A stretch of DNA of 64,000 nucleotides from assembly GCA_037310415.1 (NCBI GenBank), contig CP147780.1, positions 64,001 to 128,000 of the forward strand, read 5' to 3'. This DNA comes from Candidatus Atabeyarchaeum deiterrae. GTDB taxonomy: Archaea; Asgardarchaeota; Atabeyarchaeia; Atabeyarchaeales; Atabeyarchaeaceae. Each line of letters starts with the position of its first letter. Positions within the stretch are counted from its first letter, which is position 1. The notes under the pieces are model-generated. The model had not been told where the DNA came from and did no database searches. It saw nothing but the letters and a program-made list of their open reading frames with translations. A program made the position numbers and the translations under genes. This document shows, in pieces, positions 61,077-64,000 of the stretch.

Positions 61077-62300
61077 TTGGATAAATCGAACAAATGGACA
61101 GTTCTTGATCCCATCATGAAGCCCAATTGGAGACATGACCAATGTCCGCATCTTCTCATTGATACGGAAGGGGGTAAAAATCACTGGAAATGTGAATCTG
61201 GGTACGATATCGATTTCTTCGCTGACAACACATCATTCGGTGATCCTAATAACATTGCCAAAGCGGCTGGATGCATATTCGCTGAAGGAACCTGCCCGCT
61301 CAGGATTCAGGAGAAATGGAAGAGCAACCAAAAAGAAGAACTGTCTAGACAAAAAGTGGAAGGGAAGCCTCGCTCACCTCCAGCGATCCTGATATCAATG
61401 AAAAAAGGTGGACAAGAAGCCAAGCAGTTTAGAGTTCTCGATTCTCTTGAGAATACTGGAGGGAGTACAACAAATGATCTTCGTATGGCTACTGGATTCA
61501 GCCAGTCAACACTTGCTGAGATCTTGGGTGAACTTAGCGAGAAAGGTCACATTTCCAAGTTGAGAAGGAAGGGAGCCTGGCAACTTACCGAGAGCGGGAA
61601 GGATAGCGTCCATCTTGAGAGGAACATAAGTCTTGTTGGGTATGCTGCAAAAGAGAACTCCATGACTTTTGTTGTTGATGACCGCAAGAGCCATGGCAAC
61701 ATTAGAGCTGCAGTGTTGCGTTTTGATCCAATGCTTGGGAATCGCCTCATGAAATTGCATAATGACAAGAAGCATGTTCAAGCCCTAGTGGAGCTTCTCA
61801 ACATCTCGGCGATAATCTGGTGCGAGTTTGCAGAATCGGAGGGAACCAAAGGAATGGGAATGTCCACTTCCGGAGATTCAAGAGACTCACTTGTATTCTG
61901 CGTACTTACCATGCCAAGAAGTGGTTATCCAAGTGTACACGATGCGATAGTAACACAAGGGACTCCTCCTCTTATAATAGGATCAATGGCTCTGGCAGCG
62001 CTTGAAAGACAATTAAGTCTCAGAAAAAGACTAATGGCAGCTGACGGCACGAAAGTGTCAGAGAATCAGTTCTGTCTACCACTAGGTGACTACCTAGCGG
62101 TCGCCACAAAACTCCCTCAGAAACCAAGCGTTGTGAGATCGAAAGGCATACTTGAGTATCAATTGATATGCTTAAGATGCGATCAAACTGGTAAGTGCGA
62201 AGATTCTCGGGAACCTTGTCGTTTTTCTGGAGATCCGTTATCGTGCGATGTTGTAACAAAAGATCTCAACTTACACTTGTCAGAACTTACAATAAACTGA
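61077..62300 (+). CDS. Cys-rich N-terminal domain plus MarR-like wHTH plus uncharacterised domain with a Cys-rich tail
   Basis: CPH...WKC...C...CP; TNDLRMATGFSQSTLAEILGELSEKGHI...WQLTESG. Confidence 0.7.
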   Translation: MDKSNKWTVLDPIMKPNWRHDQCPHLLIDTEGGKNHWKCESGYDIDFFADNTSFGDPNNIAKAAGCIFAEGTCPLRIQEKWKSNQKEELSRQKVEGKPRSPPAILISMKKGGQEAKQFRVLDSLENTGGSTTNDLRMATGFSQSTLAEILGELSEKGHISKLRRKGAWQLTESGKDSVHLERNISLVGYAAKENSMTFVVDDRKSHGNIRAAVLRFDPMLGNRLMKLHNDKKHVQALVELLNISAIIWCEFAESEGTKGMGMSTSGDSRDSLVFCVLTMPRSGYPSVHDAIVTQGTPPLIIGSMALAALERQLSLRKRLMAADGTKVSENQFCLPLGDYLAVATKLPQKPSVVRSKGILEYQLICLRCDQTGKCEDSREPCRFSGDPLSCDVVTKDLNLHLSELTIN

Positions 62301-62471
62301 GCGCGCTACTGATTATGAAGCCTGTCAAGAAAAAGGCTGGAGTCTATAAGAGAAAAGCGCGCTTAACCCTTGAATAATTCCCTTTTTCTGTATTCCACTT
62401 GTTTCTGGGTATGGTTGGTTATTATGGTTAGAACGTCGAGTAGATTCTAAGACTTCGAAAGAGGCGATCGT

Positions 62472-62590
62472 CTACTCCTTCTCAAAGAACTCCTCATACG
62501 ACGGCGGCCGAGGATAGAGACCTCTGCGCTTCCTAATCTGACCAATCATGTCAACCCGCATGTTATCCCAAGCTGGTGCCCAGCGAGAGC
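62472..62590 (-). pseudogene. Probable 3' fragment of an elongation factor 2 gene
   Basis: SRWAPAWDNMRVDMIGQIRKRRGLYPRPPSYEEFFEKE* resembles the archaeal EF-2 C-terminus (SRW.P......I..IR.RKGL.P.PP..E.F). Confidence 0.6.
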
Positions 62591-62755
62591 GATGGGATTG
62601 TATCCCACGACTCCACCTGACTAGTGACGCTTCAGCCACCACAGTTCCTCCGGCTGTCTCAAACCGTTGTGCGAAGCGATGCCTTTAACGTAATACTGAA
62701 GTATCGCTGATGACATACAGCATGTAAAGAAGACTCAGACCCCGTGAAGAAAGAC

Positions 62756-64000
62756 ATGGCTATATTCACCGACGTTTTGCCTCATATTCAGAAAGAGGAG
62801 GACAGCGACCTTAGGCGCTTCGCCGACTTCCTGTTTGGGAATGGAATCCAAAAGATCACAGTTCTAGACAAACCAGACAGGACAAAGAAGAATGGATGTC
62901 GCCAAGGCAACTTTGACTATCTTCTCCAGATTGAACAGAGCGGAAGGCTGGCCGTGGAGTTCACCCGGCTCTATGGAACAAAGGAGCAGATAAAGAAATT
63001 ACACAAAAGAGTCAATCTCGTGGAAGCCTTCATGCAAGAGCAACAAAGACACCTATCAAAGCACGGAACAATGGATTTTCAAGGTCTCTGGAATGTCGAA
63101 GATCCCGAGAATTTCGGTGCGACTCTCACAAAGTCGAAGAGGATTGCGCATGAAAACTTCCCTCGTTTGGTAAGCGCAATAAAGGAAAAGAGATCTACCA
63201 TTGAGATAGCGGGTTGTACGCTAAGACTGAGACAGGCGGGATTCGAGCAGTCTGGTCGCCTGTATTTCATGATGATGACGATGATTATAGAGCGATCAGC
63301 GGATTTTGAATCGTCTTTGAGAGACATGTTGTCAGCTAAGAATGAGCAACTGACAGTGGAGGGAGCAGAGCGTGTTCTTGTCATAATCAACAAGCATGGT
63401 GTACACGAGTCAAATACAGTTATAGGGGCACTCTCCAAAGTTGCCGAAATCTGGCACTACAGTAACTTTGATAAGATATACTTCGAGCAGAATGCTGGCT
63501 ATTTCGTTCTAATTTTCAGCAAGGAGTTGAGAGATGCCTGGATATCAAATGCTCTTTCTTTCAACCACTCTTTCATTAAGCCTTTCCAGTTATGGATATC
63601 CCATTTGCGAGACTCGGATCCGAGCAGGTTTTTTGTGCTCACTAGAGGAATTCTGACCGGAAATCCTCATGAGATCTTTCCTGACAGTCGTGTCAGAGAG
63701 AATCTTGTGAGAATTGGGGAATGGCTAACTGAACAAGGAAGATATGAGGACGTCACGTGGCTCATTGACAGATTCATCGATGATCCAGATCCAGAAGAGC
63801 CAGGTTCTCTGGGAGACCACGGGCTTAGATATCATAAGGACATCCTTCTCGGAGAAGACATCCCAGTCTCCGAGACGGTACTGGGTAATCTTGCTTGGGT
63901 TATACAAAAACTCGCCCTCCACATAGAGTACGTGAACACAGCTCTGGATTACACGAAGAAGCTTGCATCTCACAAAAACATGTACGTGAAACTACACGCT
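62756..64000 (+). CDS. Large protein running off the window (absent from the ORF track): PD-(D/E)xK-like N-terminal domain plus helical repeats
   Basis: 415 stop-free codons from the ATG at 62756: MAIFTDVLPH...KPD...NFDYLL...LAVEFTRL..., then helical VLGNLAWVIQKLA. Confidence 0.8.
   Translation, partial: MAIFTDVLPHIQKEEDSDLRRFADFLFGNGIQKITVLDKPDRTKKNGCRQGNFDYLLQIEQSGRLAVEFTRLYGTKEQIKKLHKRVNLVEAFMQEQQRHLSKHGTMDFQGLWNVEDPENFGATLTKSKRIAHENFPRLVSAIKEKRSTIEIAGCTLRLRQAGFEQSGRLYFMMMTMIIERSADFESSLRDMLSAKNEQLTVEGAERVLVIINKHGVHESNTVIGALSKVAEIWHYSNFDKIYFEQNAGYFVLIFSKELRDAWISNALSFNHSFIKPFQLWISHLRDSDPSRFFVLTRGILTGNPHEIFPDSRVRENLVRIGEWLTEQGRYEDVTWLIDRFIDDPDPEEPGSLGDHGLRYHKDILLGEDIPVSETVLGNLAWVIQKLALHIEYVNTALDYTKKLASHKNMYVKLHA

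Noticed and set aside
56186-62429. GGTTATTATGGTT repeated near 56187 and 62417 (partial near 39847) as dif/Xer sites
   Set aside because: There is no 11-6-11 palindromic structure. It resembles local promoter-like AT motifs and is short enough to recur by chance.
1-64000. Numerous short antisense or overlapping ORFs in the track, and tRNA/rRNA genes
   Set aside because: The shadow ORFs overlap well-supported genes and lack motifs. I recognised no cloverleaf/T-loop or rRNA signature by eye; a tRNAscan-SE or Infernal run would be decisive.

Overview
Archaeal chromosomal DNA, most likely from an Asgard archaeon. The basis is archaeal housekeeping genes (Alba, ADP-forming acyl-CoA synthetase, archaeal SHMT, GGPP synthase) mixed with eukaryotic-signature domains: ESCRT-II Vps22/36-like, longin, gelsolin, Rab-like GTPase, and probable mu-homology and SNAP-like folds. 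Part 1 (about 1-26.5 kb) is dense core genome. It holds a double thiolase/DUF35 operon, an ArsR-Hsp20 heat-shock pair and a loose neighbourhood of membrane-trafficking-like genes. Part 2 (about 26.6-64 kb) is a decaying accessory or defence-like region. It starts at a truncated isopentenyl phosphate kinase remnant and contains a TrmB-controlled arsM cassette, a membrane/double-PRTase operon, several HEPN-like proteins and a HerA-like ATPase split by one stop codon. It also contains an NDT-TPR protein with near-identical repeats, a Rab-like GTPase-wHTH-HEPN-like fusion, PD-(D/E)xK-like nucleases and many pseudogene fragments, including a probable EF-2 3' end. A dispersed ~400 bp non-coding repeat there has a substitution pattern that fits a structured RNA on the minus strand. 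I recognised no rRNA, tRNA, CRISPR array, integrase or transposase. All family assignments come from motif recognition by eye; no database searches were run.
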